A stretch of 64,000 nt of DNA from positions 389,011-453,010 of the forward strand of contig JBLDXI010000060.1 in NCBI GenBank assembly GCA_047495785.1, given 5' to 3'. The translations under genes and the position numbers were made by a program. Source of the stretch: Lepidodermella squamata (lineage: Eukaryota; Animalia; Gastrotricha). Under the pieces are notes generated by a model. That model did no database searches, was not told the DNA's origin, and was given only the letters and a program-made list of their open reading frames with translations. Shown here one piece after another: positions 1 to 13,700 of this stretch; within the stretch, counting starts at the first letter, position 1, and every line of letters starts with the position of its first letter.

Positions 1-617
1 GAACACATTCGACTGGTCAACTTGAGACCAGGCTCGTCGCTGTAACTCTCTGATCTTTGGCGTTATTCGTCACGCGGTAAAACTAAGTATAGGCAAATTC
101 AGACTCTCACTATTGCCATTTTAACCGCAATTTATTAACGCTTCCCGCTTTTTGTGGGCAAATTATTCTGCGTCCATGTATGCAGAAATTCACCAGGAAT
201 CGAATGAGACTAAGCACGAGTCGCTAGCTATCACGGTTGTCGATTTATTGCGGGCGCAAAAGTCCAAAAAAATTAGGAATAGTCCACTTTAAAACTTGAA
301 AATTAAGAAATTTCGCAGTTTTTGTAATTTAATCTTTCAATTCCGGAAATTTTTGCCTGTGTCTTGAATGAAAAAGTCATGTTGAATAAGGTTATAAAGC
401 AATATTCAGAGAATTATTTTTATTTGAAGGAAATTTCTGAAGAGCAATTCCTGCCATGGCCAGGGATAATTTATCGGCCCATTTTTTATCTGAATTAAAA
501 ATTATTTTCAATTCCATTTCCATTAGTCCTATGAATCATTGAGCATTCAGTTCCTTAACAGAATTGTTCCTTCTTCCTTAGCATTTACCAATTGAAAATC
601 GTTACGAATAAAATTGA

Positions 618-921
618 TAGTAATAGCTATTACTACATAGCTAAAATATGAATGATACGCTACAAAAATTAGGCAAAAAATCATGAACAATAATAAGCCA
701 TAGAAAATACGCGCCGCTGAACAACCATATGTGACCAATGTGTTCGTGATTTGATGGTGTGATTTTTCTGCTTTTTTCTATTTTTCAGCCCTGTGAAAAC
801 GCTTGACACCCCTGTTGCCGGTATTGAGCGTGCTGTCTTGAGGAAACGTTATTCACTTTATGATATGGAACTCTTATTTCTTTCAACTTGAAAATACCTC
901 TGGCCGATTCTAGCTTCCTAA
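618..921 (+). repeat. ~300 bp dispersed repeat, copy 1 (copy 2 at 9018-9322)
   Basis: Colinear diverged match to 9018-9322, e.g. shared 'accatatgtgaccaatgtgttcgtgattt' and 'gaaaacgcttgacaccc...ttgccggtattgagcg'. Confidence 0.85.
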
Positions 922-1476
922 GTTGTTAACTAGGCTACGTGCATTTAGGCAACTAGCTGGAAAATGACTTCATTTCCTCGTCCGTTCTCCGTTCTCAGTC
1001 GGAAAATTGTCTGCAAGACAACTTTAAAAACTTTAAAAACTTTATTGCCGCAGAATTTGCCGTAAATTAAATTAATTTGATATTTAAACAAGGTTCTACG
1101 ACAATTAGAATTTAATTTATTTTAATTATTTGGTCTCGGTTGTCGGTGCCTCGGTTAGCGAAAATAAAATTATTTATTTATATTTTGGTCTCAGTTGTCG
1201 GATCTGAGTTTTCGTGGTCTCAGTTGTCGGAGTACGTTAAAAAATATGTTTCTTATTATTTTTAGATCACCCTGGTGTCCTAAATTACCTAATAATAATA
1301 GTAAGTAATAATAATAATAATTCTACCTTTCTACGCTATTTTCCATAATCGGTAATTCTGTTTTACGATGGCAGAATTCCATAAAAACGAATAATTTATG
1401 GAGCACTTTGATTTGATAAGGTCGAATACTTTTATTCAATTCAATTTTTCAATTTTATTTTATTTTATTTTAAAGG

Positions 1477-1865
1477 TACTTTTCACTATTAATATTGTCA
1501 TCGGCGTTATGCGAGACCTCGCACCTATCAAACCTCGAGAGGGCAAAAGTAGCTCGTGCAGTGATGCTGGGTGTAATGTAGATGGCGACTTGGCTACATC
1601 TCATTATTGGGACGCTGTCAACTTAGCCTTCGATATCTCCTCTAATGAACGCCTGAACCACAACAGCGCTGAGATGATGTATCGACGAGGGTACGAATCT
1701 CTAAGTGAAGAATGTGGCTTTGGGGTCGATGGTGCCCATAGAACATTGGAATGTTATGACGATTACAGCTCATCGCAGAAAATAAAGGAGCTGGCGGCTG
1801 AAATGAAACGTACTCAAATCTCTCTTTTCAACACTTTTACGGCTAACGAAAGTGGGTCCCCTGGG
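1477..1865 (+). pseudogene. Isolated exon resembling the Helitron-like Rep region (motif 1, LFxTFTxN)
   Basis: GC-richer island between a ttttaaag acceptor and a gg|gtaaga donor. Encodes ...SSQKIKELAAEMKRTQISLFNTFTANESGSPG, similar to Helitron Rep motif 1 (LFxTFTCN). No HUH or YxxKY exon was found nearby. Confidence 0.45.
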
Positions 1866-2654
1866 TAAGACCACTCAAAATAGCCGGCCAATTATGAGTA
1901 CCGAGTCCGGGTCCTTCAAAGGTTACGAGTGAATAACGAGTCGAGCCACCGATCGAATCGTCTTTTCTGTTTATGCAAGATGCCATTAATTTTTTGCTTT
2001 GGAGAATAATTGTTATCTGTCGAATTCGGAATTGTCGAATTTGTTATCTGTCTAAATAAAAAATCCACCACGTTCCCTGATAGTTTAATTTGTGTACTGA
2101 TTTATCTCGACTTGTTTTGTTTCGTCCCCAGACCGGCACGAAATAAGCTGAAATGTGCTGGAACTGATTTCATCAGCTGAAATACATTGAAATAAGGCAT
2201 GGCGAGTTCGTCGCCGCTGAAATACGCTGGAGTTGATTTCTGGGCTGTACACTTTTCAGCCGATTTTCTTACATATTCCGACGTAGAATTTCAAGACGAA
2301 TCGAACGACACTAGGCCCATCGTTTCCTCATAGTTTTTCTCATAGTGCAAGAAAAAGCCTCATAGTTTTTTGCCTATAGGAGGCGCGGCCGATCCACCTC
2401 AAAATTTCGCAATTTCGACGTTTCTGAGAATCATTTCACGACGATTAAGAATAGTCCCGGTTTAATAAAATAACCATGTCAAATACAGAATATGACGAGC
2501 TTTCGAGAGGTGAAAACCGCATGCCAAAATCTATCACAGTTTTTTGCCAATAGGCCACGCGGTATAATATGAGATAGAAAAACAAAGCGAGTAAATTTTC
2601 AAATTTCAAATTTAACTGTGACTTAAATTACAAATATTCATGAGAAATATTCAA

Positions 2655-2892
2655 AGCCATTCCGACCAGGTCAAAAATAGTGAGAAAATTTTCAAATGAC
2701 GTCATGAAAACACGTCGTAGCAACGGCAACCCAGGTAAATTTCTTCTCAAAAAGAGGTTCGCCTTTCAATCTAAGGCTAAATGTAAGACTTTCTGCCCGC
2801 TCAGAATTTGATTTTAGCCTCTTCTTGATTTTCTGGGATTTTCTGAAAGGTGCTCGAGTTAACACGTCATTGCACCGGCGGCTAAGGGTTAA
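2655..2892. mobile_element. Right-end fragment of piggyBac-type MITE (same family as 47525-47925)
   Basis: Near-identical to 47675-47929; ends in ...ggcggctaaggg followed by TTAA. Confidence 0.8.
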
Positions 2893-4367
2893 GATCTAAC
2901 AACATGATAATTTTACCAAGATGAAAAAATCGGAAAATCGGTAAAAAATATTTATTGGACAAGTTTTATATTGCCGGATAGAGAAAATTCTTATCGTGGA
3001 TAAAATGATTTTTCTGAAATTTTCAACATTTTTCCTCAATAAGTTTACCGCCCTGAAAGACTCTTAAAATGGCGATATTTCGTAAAAGTGACCAACTTCA
3101 AGAAAATAAAAAAAAAACCGTAGAACCGTATTTTCGACATTTTCGAATTTTATTTTGAATTATTTTGAATTTCGAAATTTTTGTTGGCACCCTAATTTTC
3201 TCAAGTTTTTACGAAAATTATACGAAAATTGTCTGTTAAATTTTCGACACGCAAAGCCAAATTTTCAAATGTTGTTACCCAGCGTTTGGACTATGAGGTA
3301 GCTATTGTATAATTCACAAACGAAAGAAAATTTCGAATTAAAGAATAAAAACTTTTAAAATTGGGAAAGTCAGTTTATTTATTCATCTGAAAATTTTAAA
3401 TGAAGCGTTATTTCATATTTTATGTATGAATTATTTGTGGGGAAGAATCCTTTTGAACTGCAAGACGCCGTGGCAATCAGCACGCAAAAATCTGAATGAA
3501 AATAAAAAAATGAGCCGTCGTCGCGCTGCAATACTAATAATTCGCTACTCAGATTACTCTTGTAGAGCAGTCGATTTATTGGCAGTTCCGGAGTATCGTG
3601 CATTTGGGCTTAAGCCACTGATTGATTGTCGCATAAAATGGATATGAGTTCGGCACTTTGAACTTCGGCATCGGGTATAATAGCGAAAAAGGTGTACTCG
3701 GAGAGCGCCTTGGTGATGAACTTGAAATTGAATTTTATGAAAATTTGTTGATGATTGAGTGATAGACGCAGCGCTTTTTATCAGTGATACCAGCGACCCC
3801 TGGAAAAATAAAGATTTGATTAATATTCAATCATATCCATTGCCGTCGTCATACTATCGTGAATATTTTTGATTAATGTCTATCTATTTTTCAATGTGAC
3901 CTGCGATGAGTTGCGATGAGTTGAGTGCGAGAGTGAAGTTGCATCGGCGGCGAATTACAGCATCAGATAATGTCGATGATTATAGGCATGAGCAGCACCT
4001 CAATCTATACGCATACGCCGCGGAATTTATCAGGAGCCGAGATCGTTACGCTCATCGGCGTGTGCGTAACTGACTAGACCAGGTCGCGGATTCGACCTCG
4101 CTATTGTTATCCCATTCGCAGTCACCTTTATAAATCGCACATTGATAATTTCCCGTCTCGACGCGTGATTTAAAACGGGATTTAGTTGTATAGCCGTACA
4201 GTTGATCAGAGGAGTTAATTCAATTTTCATTTCATTTGTCCTGTTTTTGTTTTTAGTGACGATTTGCGATCGCCTTGCTTTTATTATTTCTATTGCCTGC
4301 TGCCTACGTGTGCTTTCCGCGATGTCAAGAACCGATGAGTAAGTTTTACTATTTATATGGGGTGATT

Positions 4368-4939
4368 CCCAACCTATTTCACCCAACCGCGCACTCGCTC
4401 AAGTTATTCGCCCAATTCGCCCAACCTATGCGATATAAATTAAACTTGAAATGAGTTGCGCGCGCACGTGTATAGCGTTGTGTCCCTTTCATAGCGCGCG
4501 CACGCTAGGGATGATTTTTATTGCGACCAGAAAAGCACTGAGGCTATTAAAAGAGTGGTTCAATTTTATTAAACCACCTTAATATTTTCGCGCGTTTAAT
4601 TGCTGTGCATTATAACAGCCCGCCGCCTCATAGAACAGAATTCTGGTATGAAGTTGTAGTTGCAGTTGTTGAAGTTGGAGGAAAATTAGAAATTAAAAAT
4701 TCCGCACAGTTGCGAAACAATATTAATGAATTTTTAGACGGAATCGGTTTTCGCGAATTATTTTAAATTATTCTAAAATTTCCTTTTTTTTAAATCCGAG
4801 TCTTAATTCTAGCCTATAATACTTAATAAAGTGCGGTGCCTTGTGCCTTGTTTGCGTGTGTGTTTGCGTGGAATTTAATTTAGATTAATTGTTGGGCGAA
4901 TTAATTGAGCGAGTGCGCAGTTGGGTGAAATAGGTTGGG
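4368..4939. repeat. Inverted repeat pair (~50 bp arms at ~4368-4415 and ~4891-4939)
   Basis: cccaacctatttcacccaaccgcgcactcgctcaa pairs with ttgagcgagtgcgcagttgggtgaaataggttggg (1 mismatch). Confidence 0.75.
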
Positions 4940-5219
4940 CTATCGGAACGCAAAATCTGTAGTTAAACAAAATTGCGAAAATATCAGACATATTTAACCC
5001 AGTTTTTAATCATATTTTGGTCCTACCCTGAATTTATTGAATTTTTTTTATTTTCCTGATTTTTGGAAAACTGGCGTTCGGCTCACCGTGGGGAATTAGA
5101 GGGTATTTTCCTAAATTTCGGGGAATGTTATACGCCCTCGGATTCGAATTTAAAATAATTTAACATACATCTTTTAAAATTAGAGATAATTGCTTGCTAA
5201 AATATAAAATTTTCCACAG

Positions 5220-7721
5220 TTTGACTTGTATCTCGCGGTATTTACGTGCCAACGATCGTGATGCAGCGTTACGCGCGATCGAGCGCGCTCGTTTGATCCG
5301 GTTGGAGGCGGTAACACGTGTCCCTCGAATGGGGACGAAAACTTTCGGCATTATTATTTCGATCAAGCGGTGGAAAGCGGAGAAGGCTACGAAGCGTCCG
5401 ACAAACAGCAACAGCAACAGCATGAGCCAACGAGGGGGCCGAAATGACTCTCCGTACTTGTACCTAATTTTCTTAACGTGAGTTTGGTTTCTTCGTTTTT
5501 AGTAATACGATAGAAGTGGGCGTATAGGATTTATCAATTATATCACTCATTACCTGTTTTGAAATGGAGTTTCGGCCGTTATAAAGACCTTTCCGATTAC
5601 CGCGCGAGTCAGTAGTTGCTACAATATACGAAATTGTTTAGCTTTCAGACGGCTGCTGCGGCTGATTGTTTTTGAATATACTTGTTATTTTAAAAAATTT
5701 CCCGGAATTAGCTATTGGGTTTATGAAAAATATCTTTTCGATTGTTATTTTCTATTTAAATTTTCAAAATTTTTAAAAAATTCAAGAATTTTGTTTTTAC
5801 GAATTCCAAGAACACGAAATATACTTGAATTACCGTGGTCAGACTTTTCAGCAGTGACACTTCAGCAAATGAGGGTCAAATCAGCAGTGACATTTCATCA
5901 GTGACACATTGTCAGTAAAAAATCCATAAAAATCAATTTTTTGAATTAATTTTAATAATTTATGTAGACAAGTGAGCAGGGACATTTCAGCAGCGACAAA
6001 ATAGCAGTGACTATTGAGCAGTGACTTTTCATCAGTGACAAATGAGCAAGTGACACTTCGTCAATTTTAATTAATTTATCTCGGGCATTGAACTTGCATT
6101 TTTTGAGCTCAACTTCAATGCAGCGCATAGTCCCCCTGCTGAGTACGGCAGAAATTCAGTTGATGAAATGTCTCCGCTGAAATGTCACTGCGCAAATGTC
6201 ACCGAGATGAAGATAATAAATTTGCCAAAATTTGGGATTAATTATCAAAAATCACTGCTGACTTGTCACTGATCATTTGTCACTGCGCAAATGTCGCAGC
6301 TCAAATGTCACTGCTCATTAGTCACTGATGAAAAGTCACTGCTCATTTGACCCTCATTTGCTGAAATGTCACTGCTGAAAAGTCGTACAACCTTGAATTA
6401 CCTATTTGCATTTGATTAAGTATTAGTTTTTTTAAATTGTTGAAATTTGTAAAAATTACACAGGGAAAATATTATTATTAAAAATTATAAAATAAAATGT
6501 AAAATTATAATTGAAGAAAATTATTAAATATAATTTTAGAATATTTTTCGATTATCAAAATTAACAATTAAAATTGAAAATATTTGAAACAATGTGAAAA
6601 AAATTAAAAAATTTTTGTTGAAAATTAAGAGATAAATCCTGGCCATGTTAAGCCGGGAAGGAAAATTTCCTGATCTTAAGTTATGTTTGTTGTTATTTAG
6701 GAGAGTCGACATGGATGACAGCGTTTTCGTTGTGAAAGTGAGCGACTCTGAGTTCGGCCGTCTATCCATGCATTTCATCGACGAACTGAGTCCCGGTACA
6801 GTAGTCGCTCTCAGCCGCCCGGCCATGCTGCAGGAAAATTGGCGAGAGATGGAGGTGTTGAGCACGGACTGCATCGCTCCGACTCGCAACCAGCGCCCGG
6901 TGATGCAAATCACGGTTCCGCTGCCAGCCGGCGGAGTTCCGGTGCGCGAACGGTTCTTTTCCTACCGATTTACGGCTGCCCAGCTGTTCGTGGACGACGT
7001 AGTGTTCTCGAAGGCCTGCCGAAAGTCTTGCGACGGCCGGTATGGTGTCGGCTGCTATTGCCTGGGCCCAAGGTTTGTGACGGTGCGATGGCTTCCCGGG
7101 ATATTGATTTCGTGTCATGAATTGGGCGAGTTGCTCGTGGAGGTGTACTACTCATTCGAGCTAATGAGCCAGCTGGTGCCATCAGCCATAATGTATGGCG
7201 AAATAACGGACGTGGACCTGAACGATGTGGCTGAGCATATCATCCGCTCAATCGAGGCGCATGTCGGAGGATTTCGCGTGGTATTATGGATCAAATCGTC
7301 GAAAGCTGGCGGCGAAGATGTCGCGAGCTTCAACAAAACTCACGTCGCGAAATTAGTGCCGCTGGGGGCACCGCTGCCACTGTTTCAACTGCCTGCTCGA
7401 GTCGCGGCCTTCGTCGCTGCTGACAACAATGGCAACGATGGCGTTGTTCAAAATCGCCCCGGAGATGGCGCTAACATTAACGATCAAGACAACCACGCTG
7501 TCATCGACCTCCTCGAAGACAACAACTACGAGGACGCGAACGACGTCGACATCTTCGACGACAACAACAACCAAGACAACAACGAAGTCGTATTGAACGG
7601 TGTCGGTAACGGTGATATTCTTGCCGGGAACAACAACGAGGGCCTCAACATAGCCCCGGCGAACGATGAAGTTGAAAACCAAGTTGAAAACGGAGTCAAC
7701 AATGCTGTAGATGACGCCTGA
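5220..7721 (+). CDS. Spliced gene (exons 5220-5477 and 6701-7721; 5' exon not located): putative OB-fold/Zn-binding protein with N/D-rich acidic tail
   Basis: ttccacag acceptor; AC|gtgagt donor and ttatttag|G acceptor are phase-compatible (..YLYLIFLT|RVDMDD..). Beta-rich LSPGTVVALSRP segment, CRKSCDGRYGVGCYC cluster, low-complexity NND tail. Confidence 0.65.
5834..6392. mobile_element. Mutator-like MITE in intron
   Basis: Long imperfect TIRs built from cagcagtgac repeats; 9-bp TSD ttgaattac at 5825-5833 and 6393-6401. Confidence 0.85.
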
Positions 7722-9017
7722 CTCAACAACGATTTTTTTAATACAAGGGACTTTCTCTGTGGAAATTATCGTTTTATTGTTTTTGTCAAATTTGGCATAT
7801 AATATCTTGATTATTATCATGAGTTGTCGTTGGCTGTTAAATTTTTGCGAAAATATCCCATTAATTGTTGATACTTGTATCTTTTATCTAATAATTGTAC
7901 AATTCGGCCTGCATGGTTCGGCCAATTTGAATGGTCTTGGTTTCTTTGTTCCAGAAATTGTAAAAAATCGATTTATAAAGAACCGTTGAGTCCGTTTCAT
8001 ATTGCATTGAAAGTGAGTGAAGATTTGACTGCTGAAAATGATATTGTGTAACTTCGCATATTATTCGCGCATCGAGTGCGTGCTTGGTTCTGAGTAATCG
8101 ACCAACATTTTGATTAGAAATTTATGAATATTTGCTGCAATATTGTAAATAGTTTGCCTCCATGAAATAATTTCAGTATCTGCCGATTTTTGTGACTGAA
8201 AACGAATTGTAAATTTTCATTTCCTAATATTTTCCCTCAATTTCTTTAAATTTTGCAATCCAACAATTCTCGATTTATGATTTCGACGAATATTCTGAAT
8301 TTTTTGACAATTTTCAAATTTGCATTTTTCTGCGTTTGCTTTCGACTAGTATTTTCCATACCTCGATGGTGATCTATTGTCTACCTATTATTTTTCACCA
8401 ATTTTTTAGAGAAATAATATGTTTCCCATTTTTTGATATTGTTTAGAAAATTCACGAAATTTAGATTTCACAAACACAAAAATTTGTAATTTATCTTTTA
8501 ATTTATTGATGTGCAATATTTCCAATATTTCCATGTTCATAGTTTTCATCCGTCATATTCGTCAGGGACCTATAGTTTCTGCGAGAAATGCGCATTTTTT
8601 CGAATAATTTTATCATTTCTATGATGCGTGGTAGAACTTTTTATTGTTAAACAACTTAAAAAATTGATATAATTCTGTTGAAAGTATAATAATCCTGTTA
8701 TCCTGTTTGTTTCAAAAGTCATGAAGCGTCGAAATATTGATTCATAAATACGTGATAGTGTGCGTTGAATAAATAAAGCTGGCTTTTGTTCACTTGGCCT
8801 TCGAAGGCTTTACTTCTATGTGTATGATAAAAGCTGAGTAATGGTCTCTTGATGGCGGTGATTATTGGTGCAATCGTGACCTAAATAAACAGCGACCCGG
8901 ACAATTTTATCAACGACTGACCCAAATTGCCAAAAGCTAGGGCTTTCGCGTTATATCCTTTTATATTACCTTCTAGTACCTTCTAGTAGCCTTAAGCTTG
9001 ATTTTGTGCCATACAAG

Positions 9018-9322
9018 TAGTAATAGCTATAGAGAGTTAAAATATGAATAATACGCTTGTGGCAAAAAATCATGAAAAATAATACGTCATAGAAAATACG
9101 CGCCACGCCACGTGGCGCTGAACAATAACCATATGTGACCAATGTGTTCGTGATTTCATGGTGTCATTTATTGCTTCATTTCTATTTTACAGCCCTGCGA
9201 AAACGCTTGACACCCGTCTTGCCGGTATTGAGCGCGCTGTCTTGGGGAAACCTTATTCTCTGATAGGGATTTCTTATTTCTTTCAATTTGAAAATGTTTC
9301 TGGGCTGTTTCAAGCTTCCTAA
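9018..9322 (+). repeat. ~300 bp dispersed repeat, copy 2
   Basis: Direct diverged repeat of 618-921. Confidence 0.85.
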
Positions 9323-10449
9323 AGCCTGAAGTCTATATATAAAATAAGGTCCTTTATTTTCCTAAAATCAGTGAAACAAAAAATTAACTTGACGGATTAG
9401 AATGCGAGCGCCCATGGCTTGTATCTTATATCACTGCTTCTAGATTTTTCCATAAATATTTGTCACGCTTTTAGATAACTCAATATTTATGATAATATAT
9501 TTTTTTATTGAAATTTTTCTGAAGTTTTCAGAGTTTTTCAGAATTCTAGACTTAAGAGAGATCTATGGCAAATTTTATGTTTCTGCTGCTGATAATTTCT
9601 GATTTTCTCTGATATCTGCCTATACCACCCGATCGTACCATTCGAAAATCGACATGCCTGCCCGTGAAGATTTATTCCCGCTCTCGTTTTGCTATCTCCA
9701 GGCCGCGTTACATACGGTAATTTCCAAAACATTAATTTATTTTCCAATTGTATTTCTGATTTTTTTATTTGAGGCTATTCGAATGAAGTGAGCACTGCTT
9801 TTCACGACTCGTTCTCCGGCCTATTCGGCGTCGCACTTTTTCAGGGCCGCGAAAAATTACTGTTCAATGTGTTAACGATTCAGCTTCGGTGAGAAAAATT
9901 GAGTAATTAATTTTTAATGTAAACCAGGTCATTTTACGTTTATTTATTGTTTTTGAGAATATTTCTGCTAAATTTTTCAATTTGTTTAAAATTCAGATTT
10001 CAATTTTGAAATTTTCAAAATAAGAATTTAAAAACTGCTTTGTTTAAATTTAAAATTTCTATTCGTAGGTTTCTGAAATGTTGGAGTTTTCTAAATATTG
10101 AATTTTTTGATAATTTCCTTTTAAATATTAGGTCTACATATTCAAACGAAATTCTGCTGGCAATGTGATATCTGCTTCATGCGTGACGAACGCTTCACTG
10201 CCTGTTCTCGCGTCACTATTCCAGCGTGGCACAACAACAATTCGCCTTGCAGGCCATTCCGGCATCGATGGGGACGTATGAGTAGCCAGCATTTACGTCC
10301 ACCGGCTCGAACCCCGGTACTACTCGCTGAACCGCGGCGACTCTCAGGACGACTTTCCAATACCGGCGCTGATTGACGGGAATATTTTCCCGGAAATTAC
10401 CGTTGACAACCTAACAACGTGCCGTTACATCCGGCACGGCGTGCCATCC

Positions 10450-10712
10450 CCCGACTACGGCACCAAAATCTACGTGATATTCACGAAAGAACGGCTACGA
10501 TAAATCGACCCCACGTCGGAGGAGATCAACGTCATGGGCTCGCTGTACATCAGCTGGGAGGTTACCACGTGCCGGCTAATTACACAGCGCCCGATGTCGA
10601 CTTTGCCGAGCGATGAGCCGGCTGTTATCTGGCAGCCGCGAGTTGTTTTCGCCAATAGTTCAAACGATTTGCACGCGACAGGCCGGCAATTTCTCGAACA
10701 CACACAAATCAT
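10450..10712 (+). pseudogene. Decayed exon resembling a Cys-loop ligand-gated ion channel ligand-binding domain
   Basis: Translation TKIYVIFTKERLR*IDPTSEEINVMGSLYISWEVTTCRL...VIWQPRVVFANS fits the ID....L...W...RL....IW.P...F.N pattern. Contains an in-frame stop and ends at a gtgaga donor. Confidence 0.45.
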
Positions 10713-13700
10713 GTGAGACAAATTTTTTTAATTGGAGTAAAATGCGTTAACAACCTTGATAATTTTTCTGAAAATTTGCCAGTATTTGCAAAACGTTTTT
10801 CATGATTTTTCTAATTACAAATTTTATTACGATTTCGTTGGGATTTTTGGAAAATTCAGAGAATTTTTGCTTAGTTTCAACAAATGTTGTAGCTATTTAA
10901 GCACCCAAAATTGGGCTTTTCATCGTTTCCAATAATTTTAAAAAATTTGTAAATTATTGACGCAGTTTGGAAAATGTTGGAAAATTTTTTGGTCACCCTG
11001 TTGCAGGTGGTAATTGTGAAGAAATGATGTGTTGTGAGCACGACAGCATTTTTCCATTTGCGATTGCATTATTGATTCGAAATTTCTGAAAATCATGGGG
11101 TTTCCGAACTCATGTATTTCATGTTAACATTTAGTGTTTGCTCCTTCTTTATATGTGGACGCCATTATACATGTAGAGTTATTTAAAGGGTTCTATGCCA
11201 ATTGAGCAAACGAAAATTGAGCAACGAAAATTGAGCGAGCGCTTTTGAGCAACGATTTGAGCAACGATATAAGAGCAAACGAATTTAGAGCAAAGACAAG
11301 AGCAAATTGCGTTTACAATAAATAAGAGCTAAAATTAATTATTTAATTTGCCCTCGTGTCGTTTTGCTCTAATTTCGATCTCTATCGATTTTTATTCATT
11401 TACCCATTCATCAAACTAATCCAAAAAATCAACTAATTTGTTTATTCATTTTAGATTCATTTGCGGAGCTGTCCGTGCGGAGCTGTCGCACGAGAGCGGA
11501 TGGCAACCCGCCGGCACAGGTTAGTCTCTCTTAATTTTCTAACATTTATTTTATATTTCCTCGAATTTTCTAGGTTTTTACCAATGGAAACGGCGCGGTT
11601 ACATTGGCAATTTCAACTATTCGGCAACTAAAGACCTTTATTCGCCAACTGAACGCTGAATAGCAGTGACGTCAACCGGTGTCTTCACCTATACTAATAT
11701 AGCGACTCGCCATCGACCGCCATCCACCATCGACATGACTTTATGTCGCGATAAGTCCCGATTTAAGTGAGTCACCCTGATTTTTTTATTGATTTTGATT
11801 ACCCTATCGAAATTAATCAAAATTTAAACTTGACGATTTTTCGTTCTCTCCTACTTATTATTCGCGTAATTGCTGTCGACTTTCTCGTATTTCTTCTGGA
11901 TTTAATGATCAATTAATAAATTTCAACGGAAACGTTTGCCCTCAAATTTTGAGGTACAGCAGCCATTTGAAGCCATTTGAAGTGAAGCGCGGTCACAAAA
12001 ATGACCTTTATCGACATTTCAGCTGTATTTTCCGCAAAAAATATTTTACAAAATTTATATTTAAATTTGTTCGTTCTCAAAAATCCGTATAAGCACAAGA
12101 AAATATAATCGAATTATAAGCAGCCCTTTAGGCTTTATGCATAAACTTTTCTCATCAGAGTAAAGAATTTGTATGTTCAGATCGCTCGTTTTTTTCAACG
12201 TTATAACGCCTGGAATTTTGAAAAAATTTCGGTAGATCAGGGTGTTTGAAAGCGAACTCGAAAGGCTTACATTTGTCCCGGTTGCTGTAATCACGCTCGA
12301 TATTGAGGCATCAAAGAAAGCCATCTGAGGCATCGATACATGTTTCAAATGCGATTTAATACGAAAAGCCCAGCCCAGCAAAAATATTCGCTTCTTTTGC
12401 GAACATCGCACAGTCGCTGGTTGAAAAGTGGGTTTTCGTGCCAGAAATTTAGTTCCATGATATTCTTGTGTCTTGTCTTCTATCAAATCACTGATCTGAT
12501 ATTGTTCACCGTATGTCGGTATTTTTCTCCGATATGTTAACGTCTGGAATTGGAATTGGTTTGAAAGTGATTTCGACACGCTCACATTCGTTAGCTCGAT
12601 ATTGAGCAGAAAATCGCCATGATTTAGAGTCATCGATCCATGTTTACCGGGATTTCAGCGAAAAAGCCCATCATGACACAAATATCTGCTTCTTTAGTTT
12701 TGCTTTGTTGAATATTGGGAATATTGACTATTGGGACAAAATCAGCAGGCAGATTTACGCGTACAGCCAGTGACGAAGTTGCAACTTCGAATTTTGGCAT
12801 TTTTCAAGCGACCCTGAGAACCCGAATTGGGACATAACTTCGCGTAGAAACGGACAATTCGGTACCAGGTCCATTTTCAGGAAAATATGAAAGTGTGATA
12901 TGGATATAAAAGTGTGATATCTGAAAACGAAACTTTTCAACGCTATCTTTCGCGGTAGTCTTCGCGGTTGTTCAAAAAAAGTCCCAATATTTAGTAATTG
13001 ACTTGAGGATATGTCAGACTTCGGTGCCTGTTTAATAGGTTGAATAAATCAATTCGATCCAAGTTAACAAATTTTGGGCCATTTGGGCCTTGCTTTGAAC
13101 GAGTAACCTAGCAATTGAACTATAGGTTGAAGCATTCGTTCAAACTTCATCCTGACTTCTTTAATAACTACGCATAGAAACTGCGTTAACGAGGTCCGCC
13201 ACGGTATAAAAACGACGATTGAGGCAGGTTAGAAAAGTTCCATCATTCTGAGACATCGATCCTTCGTCCAATTGCAATTTGATCTGCAAGCGCATGGGGA
13301 AGTCGAATTCCAGCATCAGACATGATCGACAATCCGTTCCTTCACATTTTCAGCTTGGTCCTCTCTAAGGACTAGCATGTCTAACAGATTTTCAGATGGC
13401 AACTTCAAAGAATTTATCGTCAAAAAATTCGCCTACATTTTCAGAGAGTTATCTCGATATTTGTAGATGCCAACCGTTCCAATTTTGTCCAGTCCTCGAG
13501 ACAGCTCATTTCCTGGTTCGATTCCCATCTCCCATCATCCCTGAGATCCTGTTTTTCAAATCGTTCATTGAAGTAGTTGTTGAGATTTGCTGAGAGTTCC
13601 TGCAATTCGGAATGATAGTTAGAATTCCGATGTGAGGTGAAAAGCCCAGCCCAGCACAAACATCGGCTCCTTTAGTTTTGCTATCTTGATTATTGGGATT

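Noticed and set aside
7353-7820. V-rich minus-strand ORF and other ORFs overlapping 6645-7721
   Set aside because: Antisense or alternate-frame shadows of the N/D-rich coding strand.
12660-12700. DEAD-box motif II resemblance (EADICVMMGF)
   Set aside because: Lacks the first Asp, has no other helicase motifs, and the motif is part of a local repeat.
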